Part shown: one piece after another, positions 1 through 12,577 of the stretch
How the letters are laid out: each line of letters opens with the position of its first letter
Numbering within the stretch: the first letter of the stretch is position 1
Made by a program: the position numbers and the translations under genes
The notes under the pieces: model-generated
The model's input: the letters and a program-made list of their open reading frames with translations, nothing else
Databases searched by the model: none
Told to the model about the DNA's origin: nothing
Assembly (NCBI RefSeq): GCF_964194155.1
Contig: NC_135901.1
Span: forward strand, 9,114,001-9,178,000
Source: Cetorhinus maximus
Taxonomy: Eukaryota
Reading direction: 5' to 3'
DNA length: 64,000 bases

Positions 1-636
1 TCCTGGATTTAATATTTACCTGCTTTGTGACCTCATTTTGAGATCAGATTCTCTTCAATCTCCAACATAAATTGAGTTGCAAACCTGTCGGACAAACAAT
101 GGAAAACAAGTCAGTCGGTAACACAAATCCCATGGTGCTCATTTACAGATTCACAACAGTCAATTTTTAAATAAAAGGAAGGAATTTTGCAGGGAAAATA
201 TTTAGAAAGTTGTTTTTATTTGTGACACACTCACTCGGGTATTTTGTAAATGCTGCTTGGAGGTTCAGTGACTGGGATATAATCTACCTGTATTTCCCTG
301 AGCCGGTGCTCGGTGTATTGGGAGGTTTGACCTAGGTTGGAGTATCTTGCGTCCCAGGGATGGGCACTAACCCACTGTTTGAAGCTGCAGTCGCCGCTTT
401 CTGCTGGCAGCGGGCGATTGGAGAGTGTGGGGCGGAATATTGCTGCTTTTCTGCTTTTCCCTGTCTCACTCACTGTGGAGCTGAGGAGGAGCGAATGGGT
501 TTGTTTGAATCCAATAACTTCATAGATTTCCAATGGGTTAGATATAGGTACAGGGTAGGTCTAATCATTTTCTCATTAAACTTGAAATAAATTAATCAAT
601 AATCCATTTGTGTGTGGCTTGGGGCAGGGAGGGGGA

Positions 637-945
637 TATGGTGGCATAGTAGGAATATCACCAAACTAGTGATCCAGAATCCCAAGCTAATGATCTGGGG
701 AACAAGGTTCAAATCCCAGTGGAATTTGAATTCAAGTAATAATCTGGAATTGAAAAGCTCATCTCAATAATGATGACTATGAAACCATTGTTGTAAAATC
801 CCATCTGGTTCACCAGTGCCCTTTAGGGAAGGAAACCTGCTGTCCTTACCTGATCTGGCCTACATGTGATTCCAGACCTACAGCAATGTGGTTGACTCTT
901 AACTTCTTATGAAATGGTGTGACAAGCGACTCAGTTCAAGGACAA
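637..945 (+). mobile_element. tRNA-derived SINE (CR1-tail-associated family)
   Basis: A-box-like TGGCATAGTAGG, B-box-like GGTTCAAATCCC, and a core CCCATCTGGTTCAC..TTTAGGGAAGGAAA..CAGCAATGTGGTTGACTCTTAA shared with copies at about 4.0, 5.2, 11.1 and 41.4 kb. Confidence 0.75.
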
Positions 946-949
946 CAAA

Positions 950-1050
950 ACCATAAAATGCTGGAAAAACTCAGCAGGTCTAACAACATGCGTGGAGAGT
1001 AAAAGAAACAGAGTTAACATTTTGAGTCTGTATGATTCTTCTTCAGAGTC
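950..1050 (-). mobile_element. Penelope-like element terminal (pLTR) fragment
   Basis: Minus strand reads CTGAAGAAGAATCATACAGACTCAAAATGTTAACTCTG...GACCTGCTGAGTTTTTCCAGCA, the same family as 8970-9137, 15545-15652 and 62140-62856. Confidence 0.6.
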
Positions 1051-1674
1051 ATCCCTTCAAGCCTTTCAGTGTCTTGTCTGTTACCAAGTATTCTGATTAT
1101 CCCAAAGTCGAAATTAGGTTGAAATCCCTGATGTGCTGTAACGAGAATCCTTTCAATGTCTCAGATCAGTTAATTTCACTGATAACATCAGAATCAATGT
1201 TCCAGCATCTTAAAGAAGGGAAAGGAGCCTTGACTGACACACACGAAGTCCAGATGTCAGTTTTTCTCCTCTTAACCCAGAGAAATTAAGACCACAGATG
1301 CTAAAACTGATTTTCTTGACATATTCTGATATATCCTGACCATTGACTAACTGTACATTTCTCCTGAACCTTGAGGTTGTGACTGCTTCCTGAAAGAAAG
1401 TGTCCAGCTGACTCTCCCCCTCCCTGACGGCCCTGATGTCTGCAGCTCAGACTGCAGCTCAATAATCCTGAGCCCAGGTTTCCTGAGCTACAGACACTCA
1501 CCGCAGATATGATGGTCCAGGATCGCAATATTCTCCAGAAACTCCTACTTGCTGCAGTCCCGACACAGTACCTGCCCAGCAAAGAACTTTAAACTCTGGC
1601 CCAGTGATAGGAGTTATTACCTTCAGCAGAAATAAATAAAGCATGTGATTAACAGCAGCATCCAATCCCTGCAG

Positions 1675-2442
1675 TCACACATGAACCCGCTGGTGTCTCA
1701 ACAAGTTGGATGGTCGATTGAATCCCTTCCCACATTCAGAGCAGGTGAACGGCTTCTCCCCACTGTGAGTGCGTTGGTGTGTCTGGAGATTGGATGACTG
1801 AGTGAATCGCTTCCCACACACGGAGCAGGTGAATATCCTTTCCCCAGTGTGAACTCGCTGATGTTGAATAAGGTGAGATGATTGTCTGAATCTCTTCTCA
1901 CAGTGAGAGCAACTGAATGGTCTCTTGTCAGTGTGAACAAGCTGGTGTTTAATTAGATCAGGAGAGGTTTTAAAGCAACCTCCACAGTAAAAGCATTTAA
2001 AAGGCCTCTCGTCACTGTGAACTCTCTGGTGTGACCCCAGGCTGGATGACTTAGTGAATTCCTTTCCACACACAGAGCAGGTGAACGGTCTCTCCCCAGT
2101 GTGACTGCGTCGGTGAGTTTCCAGCTGGGATGGGAAACTGAATCCCTTCCCACAATCCCCACATTTCCACGGTTTCTCAATGGTGTGGGTGTCCTTGTGT
2201 CTCTCCAGGTTGGAAGATCTGTTGCAAATTTGTCCACACACAGAACACATGGACAGTTTCTCCCCACTGTGAATGGTGTGATGTTTTTTCAGGCTGTGTA
2301 ACTGGTTAAAGCTCTTTCCACAGTAAGTGCACTGGAACACTCTCACTCGGGTGTGTGTGTGTGTCTCGGTGCTTTTCTGGTCACACTGATGTTTGTTATC
2401 TTTTCCCACAGACAGATCAGAGAAACATTTCTCCTTCCACAT
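1675..2442 (-). CDS. C2H2 zinc-finger protein, 8 fingers (ZNF-1)
   Basis: 255-aa ORF with 8 CxxC-x12-HxxxH units and TGE(R/K)PF linkers; acceptor ctttctgcag|GATATT gives an exon start near 2543; the true start codon is uncertain. Confidence 0.85.
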   Translation of the reverse strand: MWKEKCFSDLSVGKDNKHQCDQKSTETHTHTRVRVFQCTYCGKSFNQLHSLKKHHTIHSGEKLSMCSVCGQICNRSSNLERHKDTHTIEKPWKCGDCGKGFSFPSQLETHRRSHTGERPFTCSVCGKEFTKSSSLGSHQRVHSDERPFKCFYCGGCFKTSPDLIKHQLVHTDKRPFSCSHCEKRFRQSSHLIQHQRVHTGERIFTCSVCGKRFTQSSNLQTHQRTHSGEKPFTCSECGKGFNRPSNLLRHQRVHV

Positions 2443-3179
2443 TCAAAGGCTGATGATATTCAGGTCCTGATGAATCGACTGACTGAGAGGTCTTGATGTG
2501 ATGTTTGGTTAGTTTCCTGTGCAAATCATCTCCTTCTAATATCCTGCAGAAAGAGTTGACAGTGTCAGTATCGCAATCAGTCCATGTTAGAAATTCAAAA
2601 CAGACAATTCTAGTTTCTATTTTTTTCTCTCTCTCTTCTTCCAAACATGTGATCTAAATCAAACTAAAAGAAACCCCAAAAGGCAAAAAAAGCAAATGGA
2701 ATTTTCACAATTAAACCACAATGTTAATTGCAGTGACTATGAGACACTCTGCAATCTGAGGTGTCCACTATTTGTGGAAGGCATCAACCATACAGATGGA
2801 TACTGCATCCTCGCTGGCCCTGGCCACCAGGGTGCAGGCAAGACCACAGGTGACCCGCAGCCAGCGAGTCCCATCCACCCTAGATCTACAAGTTGTAACC
2901 ACGCTGAAGAGCAGCTCCAGGACAAGATTCTCAGATGTACCCAGTCCCCTCCACACTGGGCAGACAACGATTTGGAGCCTGTGTCTGAAGTGTGACCAGA
3001 CATTGAAGAGCAGACCTTCAGGTAATTATACAGGGGCTGCAACCTATCACAATGAATATATACATGGCCCATGGACTCCTGTAGGCTGCAAACATCACCT
3101 GCAGCCTGGGAGTGGGTGAAGCTGTTTAAAAATGTGTTGCCCAGTTAACAGCAAATCCCGGGCACTGGGACGCAGTTGG

Positions 3180-3600
3180 GAACAGTTCCCCCCAGCAGCC
3201 CCGCCCACTCCCTGTTGTGTCACCAGCACGTCCGCGCATGCGCTCTGCTCCCCTCTTAACCAAAATGGCGGCCGTTAACTTGAACTTGTTTGGAAAAAAG
3301 AACAGGGCTGCAAACAGGAGTATCTCAGGGTCTTATTCGAGGTTTGGTGCCTTTACGAGGTGTTTAGAAACCCTCCCCGTCCTCCCACCGCTTCCATCGC
3401 CCCCTCCGTGTTTTCATTTCCTTACCAGTTTGAAGACAAGACAGACAAAAGACTCCGCATCGCAATTATAGCGCATGCTCCAAACCCTGGGCGGTACTGC
3501 GCCTGCGCACTGCTCTTCTGTGGTGGGGATAGGGAACATTCCCCACCGCGGGGGATGCTGGGTAAAGTCCTCGCCATTGAGTGGCCTAATTGGTAAATCG
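3180..3600. promoter_or_regulatory. CpG-rich promoter, probably of ZNF-1
   Basis: NRF1-type GCGCATGCGC (~3235) and ACTGCGCCTGCGC (~3496), YY1-type AAAATGGCGGC (~3262), raised CpG density. Confidence 0.65.
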
Positions 3601-3759
3601 TGACTCCTTTTTTTGCAACGATGTGGAGATTGCGGCGAGTATTGGGCAGTCAATAAAATTAGCAACCAAATTATACAGAAGCCCAAGTGCACAGAACCTC
3701 CATTATCCACCAAAAAGAGAATTGATGGTGAATTGCAAATCCCCCAAACTTTTATGGAA

Positions 3760-3840
3760 ACAGCAACAATGACGCGGAATCCAATCCCTCCAGTCAAATG
3801 TGAAGTCAGCAGATGGGGTGACTGAGTGAATCCTTTCAGT
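3760..3840 (-). pseudogene. Relic 3' end of a ZNF gene
   Basis: Minus strand encodes KGFTQSPHLL followed by TGACTGGAGGGATTGGATTC, matching the stop and 3'UTR start of the paralogs. Confidence 0.55.
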
Positions 3841-3954
3841 GAGAAACTGTCAAGATTGTTGTCTCGTGGATATTCCTGGTTGTGTATTTTTAGTTCCGCT
3901 GTCACACACCAATAACACGGAGAAACCTGGAAACAGGCTGCAGCTCCTTTTTTT

Positions 3955-4330
3955 TCATTCATCACAGGATGTGGGTGTCACTGGCAATGCGGGCATTTAT
4001 TACCATCCCTAATTGCCCTTGAGAATGTGATGGTGACCTGCCTTCCCAAACCACTGCAATCCAATTGAATTTTACTTTCTCTGAGCGGTTTTGATATGAC
4101 CAAGTGGCTAATGCACCATTTCAAAGGGTCAAGCACATTGCTGTTGGTCTGGAGTCACCTGAAGACCAGATGAGGCTGGGATGGCAGATTTCCGCTCCTC
4201 GAGGATGTCAGGGGACCACTTTGACTTTTGTAACAATGCATTCATTTCATAATCACTGATAACAGCTTTTATAGTGGATTTTTATTCCAGATTTATTGAA
4301 TTAACTGAATTTAAAATCTCTAACTGTTGT
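3955..4330 (-). mobile_element. tRNA-derived SINE, diverged copy
   Basis: Reverse complement of the 637-945 family, including the GGGCAATTAGGGATGG..CCCACATCC tail. Confidence 0.65.
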
Positions 4331-4394
4331 GATGGGATTTGAACTCACATCTCCAGATCATTATTCCCTCTCAATTACTAATCCAGTAATGTAA

Positions 4395-4800
4395 CCACTA
4401 TGTCTGGGCATGTCATCAGAATCCTTGAATTCAGATTGACAAACAGGCGCTGTACTCAGAGCTACACCAGGGAGACCCTTCACATGGGGCCAAAGGAAAC
4501 TTTTCAAAGACAGTCTCAAGGCCTCCGTGACATTCTGCTCTATCAACATAAACACTTGGGAAGCAGATTCCCAATCACCTCCAAAATGGTGATTCATCAT
4601 CCAAAAACGTTTCAATCAACAAGAGCAGCCACTGAGAGAGACAAACAGAGAGGGCAGCTGCTCATGTCAACAATCCACCACCAACTCCACTGGCTGACAA
4701 CCCCCGTGTCCTCACTGTTGGCAGAGCCTGCAAGGCTAAAATAGGGCTCATTAGTCATTTCTGAACCCACAGCTAACACTGACATCTCACTTCCACCCAG
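4395..4800 (+). mobile_element. RTE-clade LINE 3' fragment
   Basis: Frame-broken KQALYSELHQG..GQRKLFKDSLKAS..TWEA..CRLKIGLISH, typical of the RTE ORF C-terminus. Confidence 0.65.
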
Positions 4801-5019
4801 TCATCGACAAGAAAGAATCATCCCTGACACGAGGGATTGTCAATGGATAACCACATTGTTATCTTCTTTATCTGCGGATCAAATGTTGGTTACACAATTG
4901 CAGCAGCAGTTAACAGCCTCCTGTGAACTCCTCCACGCGATAACTTAGTGCAGATTTTCAACAATTTATTTTGAGTGTGCTTATGTTAAATGAGTTAATA
5001 CTGATTTTATAAACCAATT

Positions 5020-5790
5020 GTTAGGCCTCAGTTAGAGTGCTATATTCATTTCTGGGCATCACATTTTAAACAGGATTTCAAAGCCTTAGAGAAGGCGATT
5101 TAGTAGAATGGTACCAAGGGTAAGAGGCTTCAGTTATATGGAGAGACTGGAGAAACTGGGATTGTTTTCCTTGGAGCAAAGGGTCAAAAATGGAGGTGGT
5201 GGCATCGTGGTATTATCACTGGACTAGTAATCCAAAGACCCAGGGAAATGCTGTGGAGACTGGGTTCGAAACCCACCAAATCTCATGATGACCATGAAGT
5301 CCTTATCAAATGTCACAGAAACCCATCTGGTTCACTAATGTCCTTTAGAGAAGAAAATCTGCCATCCTCACCTGGTCTGGCCTGCATATGACTCCAGACC
5401 CACAGCAATATGGTTGACTCTTAAAATGCCCAGAACTGACACCACATGGACTGCAGCAGTCTGAAAGAAAAAAGATGCAATAGCAGTTTTCAAAATCATG
5501 AACGGCTTTGACAAACTAAAGAAACAGGAAGGGCCTCCAGTAGCAGAAAAATAGCTAATCAGAGGACACAGATTTCAGAACATCTTTTTTAAGCAGTGTG
5601 TTTTTGTGATCTGGAATGCACTGTCTGAAATGGTGCTGCAAGCAGATTCAATAGCAACATTCTTGGGAGAATTGAATAAATACTTGAAGAGAAGAAATAT
5701 CCAAGTCTAGGAGTAAAGAGCAGGGGAGTGGGGCTAATTCGATAACTACACTAATGAGCTGATACAAACATGATGAGCTGAACACCTTCC
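5020..5790 (+). mobile_element. CR1 LINE 3' fragment interrupted by a SINE (~5190-5430)
   Basis: Degenerate VRPQLE..ERLEKLGLFSLEQR..WNALSE remnants flanking a SINE copy. Confidence 0.6.
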
Positions 5791-8700
5791 TTTAGCCCCT
5801 GTACCATCTGAAGAAAATGGCAGATGATGCTACCCAGAATGCTTCAGGTGGTAGAATATGGCCCATCAACAGGGATGCAACACTCAGATTTTTCTCCCTT
5901 TCTTTTGTGAAGGTGCTGTGTGATGGTGGGGTTCAATCCCAGTCACTGTTTACCCTCCTGTACCCTGCCAAGTGGTAATTCTGAGCTTATGATCCTATAC
6001 TGTGAGCTATAATAATGGTATTTTATTCAAGAAACAAGTTTTCAGACCAAAGGCTGAATTGCAGTGTGACTTACATGAAGAAATTCACATAGAGACTAAA
6101 TAATAAAGTTAAAAACATGGAAATGTGACAATCAAATACCAGAAACAGGTTCCAGTTGAAAACTGGCAGGAAAAATGATTCCAATGATAATAATAAAGTC
6201 GGACACCAGAACTGAAATAAAAGGCAGGTTATTTTCTAATAATAACAGTGGCAGAGTATAAGTGTAACAATGACACACACGGTCTGATACAGTAAGAGTG
6301 CAGATGGGGCCCAAAGGAAGAACAGCAAAGGTTTGGCTCACTTTGAGTGTAACAAATACAGTGTTTGTTCCAATAATAAGAGTCAGGTTGCAGTGTGTTA
6401 GTGAATTCATCATTGGATCCAATGTGATGATAATACAGTCAGTACCTAGTGCACCAAAACCAAAGATTGGGTCTCATATAGCAGTGCGAGCGAGTCATGG
6501 TCTATTGATATAATATGATATCACTGTGTTGCCTAATCCCTAATAACAGAGCCAAGGATCAATGCAATGTGAATGGGATGGGGTTGAGTGTAATAACACA
6601 GACACGGTCTATTGGAATATGAACTGACGTCAACATTGACTAATTGGTGGCACACTCACCCCGAATCAGAAGGATGTGGGTTCAAGCCCTCTCCAGAGAC
6701 CCAACCACATCATCTAAGCTGATGCACCTGGTGTCATTATAAATGGGAGTCTCTGTTCTTTTGCTGGCTATTTTCTTAGACTCAGAAGGAGTGAAGGGAA
6801 TGACAGACGGGACAATTCTGGGCAGTTGCTCCATCCAGCAAGGCAGGGATTTCTGGGACATGATTGCAGGTTTGAGGTGTCCGTCCACTTATTAAAAAAC
6901 AACCTCTTCCTCTTTGGGTTTGTGAAGGGAGTTATGACAGCAGCACGCGAGGCCGACTAGAGTCTGGTGTAAAAATAATCACAAAGGCCAATTCCAGTTC
7001 TTAATAACAGAGGTGGCTTTAACTACAGGTAATCTTACATTAAGGGAGACAAGAGGCCGAATAAAGATTCGATTGTAATAGGAGGACAAGGTGTAAGAAA
7101 GCAATGATATTTGGGTTTCTGTGTTATGGTGAGTGTCACAGGGAGGTGTGTGATAAAATAGGAGTGGAAATGTCATGACAGAGACACGTGTGACTGACTC
7201 CACCTGACTGAGAGCTGTTATACCCAAGGGGAGGGCAATGACGACATGGGGAACTCCAGACATTTCTGGTATCTGAGGTGACAATGGTGCATCTGTTAGA
7301 GGAACTGAAAAGAATCGGTTCCTTCTCACCCTTGCCTGTAGTTCCCGAGTTACACAGACACACAGGAAACAGATCTGACAGCTCGTAGAAACTAATGTTT
7401 TAAATCTTCTGTTTGAGACACATTATGATTGAAAAGATCAAATGTTAAAACCTCAGGAGAGGAAAATTCAGAATGTCACAAAGATGAGTGAACCGTCCAA
7501 TTAGTCCCATTCACTATAACTCTGCAAATTATTCCCTCTTCAAGTACTGATCCAATTCTCTTTGAAAGTTGCTCTTATATCTGCTTCCAACCCCCTGTCA
7601 GTATGTGCATTCCAGGTCACATCAAATCACTGCGTAAAAATGTTCTCCTCATCACTCCTTCCGGTTCTGTTGTCAAATATCTTAAATCTCTGAGTCCTCT
7701 GGTTACAAACCCTCCTGCTCCTGGAAACAGTTTCTCCCTTTCGACACTATTACAAATCCTTCCTCATTTTGAACACCTCCATTAAATTTCCCCCTAAACT
7801 TTTCTGATCTAAGAAGGACAGCCCCTGTTTTTCCCGCTCAAAAGAAGCGTCAGATTGGACTCGAAACCTTAAATCTGTTTCTCTGTCCACAGATGCTGCC
7901 AGACCTGCTGAGTTTTTGCAGCATTTTCTGCCTTTAGCCGTTTTCTCTTCTTTAATCTGTCAAAAACCCTTCATGATATTGAACATCTCAACTAAACAGG
8001 AACACAATGACATCAAGAGAGATATAGAGGAAAGGAGAGACAAAAACTGAGAGAAAAACTGAGACACTTAAAAAAACAGAAAGATGAGGTGGTGAAAGAT
8101 AAAGCTGGGAAATAGAGGAAGCAAGTAATATAGAATGATGTGAGAGAATGATATAAAATGGAAAGGAGCAAGCTATCAATTCCTGGCTATGGAGAGCAGA
8201 GGGAACTCAGTGACTGACCCACAGACACGGCCACATATGTCCGGGAATGGAGACTCTGAACAGAAACAACAGGCTTATTTGTAAGTGTCACCGCAATGTG
8301 ATCTGTGTGACTCTGCCCTGACTCTGTGGCCAGATATAGGCCGCCTTGACAGATGTTCTCACCCGACTGTAGCCCCTGGATTTATTTTCTGCTCAGAAGT
8401 GAGATGTGTGGTTAGGAACCAGCAGCAGAGAAACAGGAAGTTGTGTTTCCTGAGAATGAAACAGCAGGTGTCAGTTTCATGTTATCTCCGAGAACAGTCT
8501 TCCTGCCTGTGAGGGTGAACTCACTCTGACAGCATCAAAAAGAACCACACAGATTGCTGCCAGTCTCAGCATTACATTCACCTCCATTCCCAATTTAAAG
8601 ATTTAAACATATGAGCTTATTTGGGGTTTAAACATATTCACTGAAGGGGGAAATGAGCTGATGGTTATCCCTGGGAGAACTAAGGGGAAATTATATAAAA

Positions 8701-8969
8701 TAAATAATTTTGCCTGAAAACAGTTATCAGAAAATAGGAGAGTTAAAGTGAATCGAAGCCTGTCTGAGAGTGAGAGAGAGAAACAGAGAGGGGAATGACT
8801 CTCTGTACATTGAGCGTTGCCTCAGACATAGAAGAGAGGCTAAATGAGGTTAAGTGTGTTAGGTTCTTTCTCAGAGAGAGAGAAAAAAATTAAGTGAGTT
8901 TAGGCGCTCTCTGAAACAGAGAGATTAAGTGACTTAGTGTCTGAGAGAGAGAGGAGAGAGGTTAAATGA

Positions 8970-9137
8970 AATAAAAGCAAAATATTGTGGATGCTGAAAA
9001 TCTGAAATAAAAACAGAAAATGTTGGAAAAACTCAGCAGGTCTGACAGCATCTGTGGAGAGAGAAACAGAATTAACGTTTCGAGTCCGTATGACTGTACA
9101 CGACCATACACTCTGAAGAAGAATCATACGGACTCGA
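8970..9137. mobile_element. Penelope-like pLTR fragment with short inverted duplication
   Basis: GAAAAACTCAGCAGGTCTGACAGCATCTGTGGAGAG tail; CGAGTCCGTATGA (9081-9093) is the inverse of TCATACGGACTCG (9124-9136). Confidence 0.65.
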
Positions 9138-9389
9138 GAGGTGAAGTGAGTTTGGGGACAGATGTGCTCATATTGGTAATTGAATGCTCAGTGTGAGATT
9201 GTTTTCTAAACAGCAGCACCCCAGAGAATGGGTTCCAGATAATTGTCAGTGCTATGAAAAGATTTGCAAAGATATTACATTTGGAATAAATGGAAATAAA
9301 GGACTAAAATACTTGTTGGGGATAATTACTTCAGGAAATACATTGCCAACGTGAAGAATGATGCGTTCACAATCAGACACATAGACACA

Positions 9390-10444
9390 AGAACAAAGAA
9401 GAAAAGGACAGCACAGGAACAGGCCCTTCGGCCCTCCAAGCCTGCGCCAATCATATTGTCTGTCAACTAAAACATTTTGCACTTCCGGGGTCCGTATCCC
9501 TCTATTCCCATCCTATTCATGTATTTGTCAAGTTGCCTCTTAAAAACCACTATCATACCTGCTTCCACCACCTCCTCTGGCAGCGAATTCCAGACACTCA
9601 CTACCCTCTGCGTAAAAAACTTGCCCTGCACATCTCCTCTAAAGTTTTCTCCTCTCACCTTAAATCTATGTCCCCTAATAATTGACTCTTCCACCCTAGG
9701 AAAAAGCTTCTGACTATCTACTCTGTCCATGCCACTCATAATTTTGTAAACTTCTATCAAGTCGCCCCTCAATCTCCGTCGCTCTAGTGAAAACAATCCG
9801 AGTTTCTCCAACCTCTCCTCATAGCTAATAACCTCCAGACCAGGCAGCATCCTGGTAAACCTCCTCTGCATCCTCTCCAATGCCTCCATATCCTTCTAGT
9901 AATGTGGCGACCAGAATTGCACGCAATATTCCAAGTGTGGCCTAACCAAGGTTCTATACATTTGCAGCATGACTTCCCAGCTTTTATACTCAATACCCCT
10001 GCCAGTGAAGGCAAGCATGCCATATGCCTTCCTGACTACCTTATCCACCTGCGTTGCCACTTTCAGTGACCTGTGGACCTGTACACCCAGATCCCTCTGC
10101 CCGTCGATGCACTTAAGGGTTCTGCCATTTACTGTCTAATTCCTGCCTGTATTAGACCTTCCAAAATACATTACCTCGCATTTGTCCGGATTAAACTCCA
10201 TCTGCCATTTCTCCGCCCAAGTCTCCAACCGATCTATATCCCGTTGTATCCTTTGACAATCCTCTTCACTATCTGCAACTCCTCCAACCTTCGTGTCGTC
10301 TGTAAACTTACTAATTAGCCCAGTTACATTTTCCTCCAAATCATTTACGTATACTACAAACAGCAAAGGTCCCAACACTGATCCCTGCGGAACACCACTA
10401 GTCACAGCTCTCCATTCAGAAAAGCATCCTTCCACTGCTACCCT
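9390..10444 (-). mobile_element. CR1 LINE, 5'-truncated, RT C-terminal half plus 3' tail
   Basis: ORFs 10136-10465 ([31 protein letters not shown]) and 9467-9889 (LERMQRRFTRM..LRGDLIEVYK..VWNSLP). Confidence 0.9.
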
Positions 10445-10876
10445 CGAGTGTGTGCGCGCACACACTCACACACACCATTTTGTGTTGAGCTGGTTTCAGT
10501 TGTGCCTGTTAACCAGTTGATAGATTTTTAATTGGATACCATTAGGATTCTGCAGCAGTCCATTCGACTGAGGAGACAGTTCTAGATTCTGTCTGACACC
10601 ATCAGTGGGTCAGGTGGAAGCTTAATAGAAAATCCTGCAGGAAATATAATCCTTAACATTAAAAATCTATCTGAGCAATTGACTCAGTGCTACACCAGTG
10701 TGAATTAGTAAACTTTAACACAACAGGGTTTGTCACTAAGTAGTGTAAAGTACAGTGCACTAATGCTCACCTTTAGTCTTGCCCCTCAATCCCAGTTAAT
10801 CTCTGGAAGATTGTTACAAGATTCACCCCATCCTTTCGACACAAATATTACCCACATAACACTAGAGTCATTAGAA

Positions 10877-11887
10877 ATTGATGTGTGCTTCCCACACACT
10901 GTCCTTTTAAATACACTTCACTCCTACCAGCCTTTAACTATCAAAAACATAACAGAGTTATTAGCTGCTGATAGCTGTCAATGAGATTAAATTTATGCTT
11001 GAAATGATTAAATCTTCACATGCAAAATATATTTTGTTTTATTCTTTGATGGGATGTGGGTGTCACTGGCAAGGCCAACATTTGTTGCCCAACCTTAACT
11101 GCCCTTGAACAGAGTGGCTTCCTCGGTTATTTCAGAGGGCAATTAAGAGTTAACCACATTGCTGTGGGTCTGGCCTCACATGTGGGCCGGACCAGGTGAG
11201 GACAGCAAATTTCCTTCCATAAAGGACATTAGTGAAGCAGATGGGTTTTTACAACAAGCAATGATAATTTCATGGACACTATCACTGAGACCAGCTTTCA
11301 ATTGCAGATTTTGAATATGAGGTTAGAAGCCTGGTCAATATGCTCAGGTTCTGAAGGTGAAATCCACAATTTAGAGATCCTGAAATCAGTGTCGTCACTA
11401 TAAGCAAGCTGCTACTAAAACGTTTAAGGAGCTAAGGTGACATTTTACATCTATAGTTTGACCATAACATTGGTTAATACCATTACTGTTAAACTTCCAG
11501 ATAATAAAATCACAAACAGCAACTTCAAGCAGTAGGAGCAGAATAAACGAGATGGAGATAAACACGAGAACCCACAGGCGAGTACCACATAGAGTAGGTT
11601 CACACACCCGCGAACAGGGTGGGTTGGCACGCCCAGGGGTGGGGCGGGTTCATACACCCAAGGCTCACCGGGAATTATCAGAATAAGGAAACCATCCAGA
11701 AAACGACCAATAGGAATCTTCAGCTGAACACATCACTCATTCTTAAAGGGACAAAAGGGGTCCTGACACTGTGAAGTTAAAGGGGCAGACACAGCTTCAG
11801 CCTTCTCTCTGTTACCTTTCTGATAGTTAAAGGCTGGTAGGAGTGAGATATATTTAAAAGGACAGTGTGTGGGAAGCACACATCAAT
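10877..11887. repeat. ~67-bp inverted repeat pair (10877-10943 and 11821-11887)
   Basis: ATTGATGTGTGCTTCCCACACACTGTCCTTTTAAATA..CTCCTACCAGCCTTTAACTATCA matches the reverse complement of 11821-11887 with about 3 mismatches. Confidence 0.85.
11040..11310 (-). mobile_element. SINE 3' part
   Basis: Same core and tail as 637-945, reversed. Confidence 0.7.
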
Positions 11888-12577
11888 AAAACTGGGAATT
11901 CTTGGCCATACGCTGCAGGTCGTTCTTTATCTGGGAATCAAACTGTTGTATTATTGTCCCAGCAGTTAACAGTCTCCTGTGAATTCCTCCAGCTTCTAGT
12001 TTAATGCAAATTTTAACCCAATAAATTTCAGCATGTTTCGATTCAGTGACTCGGGACTGACACACAAACACGTTGAACCATTTTAGACTTATTAAGAACC
12101 ATTTTCCGTCTGGAAACTTAAACCTGCCGTTTCACTTTCAGTCAGGAACAGATCACAATTTTACACCAACCTTTCATTTGGCAGCATGTTTCCAGCATTC
12201 ACCGTTGTTCTTCCTGACTCTAAACCCAGTTGTAAAAGAGCCTTCTGTTCTGTGTCTAGGAGCTCTGAACCATGGAAGAGAGCAACTGAGACACATTTCT
12301 TACACACCTCAGGATTCACCCACATGGGGATTGTGCCGTCACTGAAGAAAGATGAGAAAGACCAAAGTGTTGTTTGGGGGTCCCTCAGTGTGACCCTAAT
12401 GGACTGTGTCCAGGCTGAAGTTCTGTTCCTACCGTAAGATCCTCCTCCAGATTGTCCTTTCTGACTCCAGCCAGGTGATGTTAAACACTCAGGTGAGGAA
12501 AAACAAAAATATATAAACAAAGCTGATTTATTTCACATTTATTCAGAATATTGAACCTCATCAACAGGTCAGGACAG

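Noticed and set aside
637-730. Functional tRNA genes at SINE heads (also ~5195, ~15800, ~55870)
   Set aside because: No full cloverleaf; they continue into or match SINE bodies
1698-2267. Alternative-frame and antisense ORFs over ZNF exons (also at 13.5, 18, 22.4, 43.9, 50.9 and 60.5 kb)
   Set aside because: Shadow frames produced by the repetitive finger codons
2451-2476. TGATGA..CTGATGA as snoRNA C/D boxes or a hammerhead core
   Set aside because: Antisense to the host ZNF transcript, boxes too close for a snoRNA, and no stem II/GAAA follows
6130-6640. Thr/Val-rich ORFs over degenerate GTAATAACACAG repeats as a mucin-like exon
   Set aside because: No consistent open frame or splice structure; likely a decayed tandem repeat
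12161-12520. ORF with VTLRDPQT resembling the start of a TRIM/B30.2 PRY domain
   Set aside because: No further PRY-SPRY motifs (HYWEV etc.); the first part is duplicated ZNF downstream flank also seen at 30640-30740
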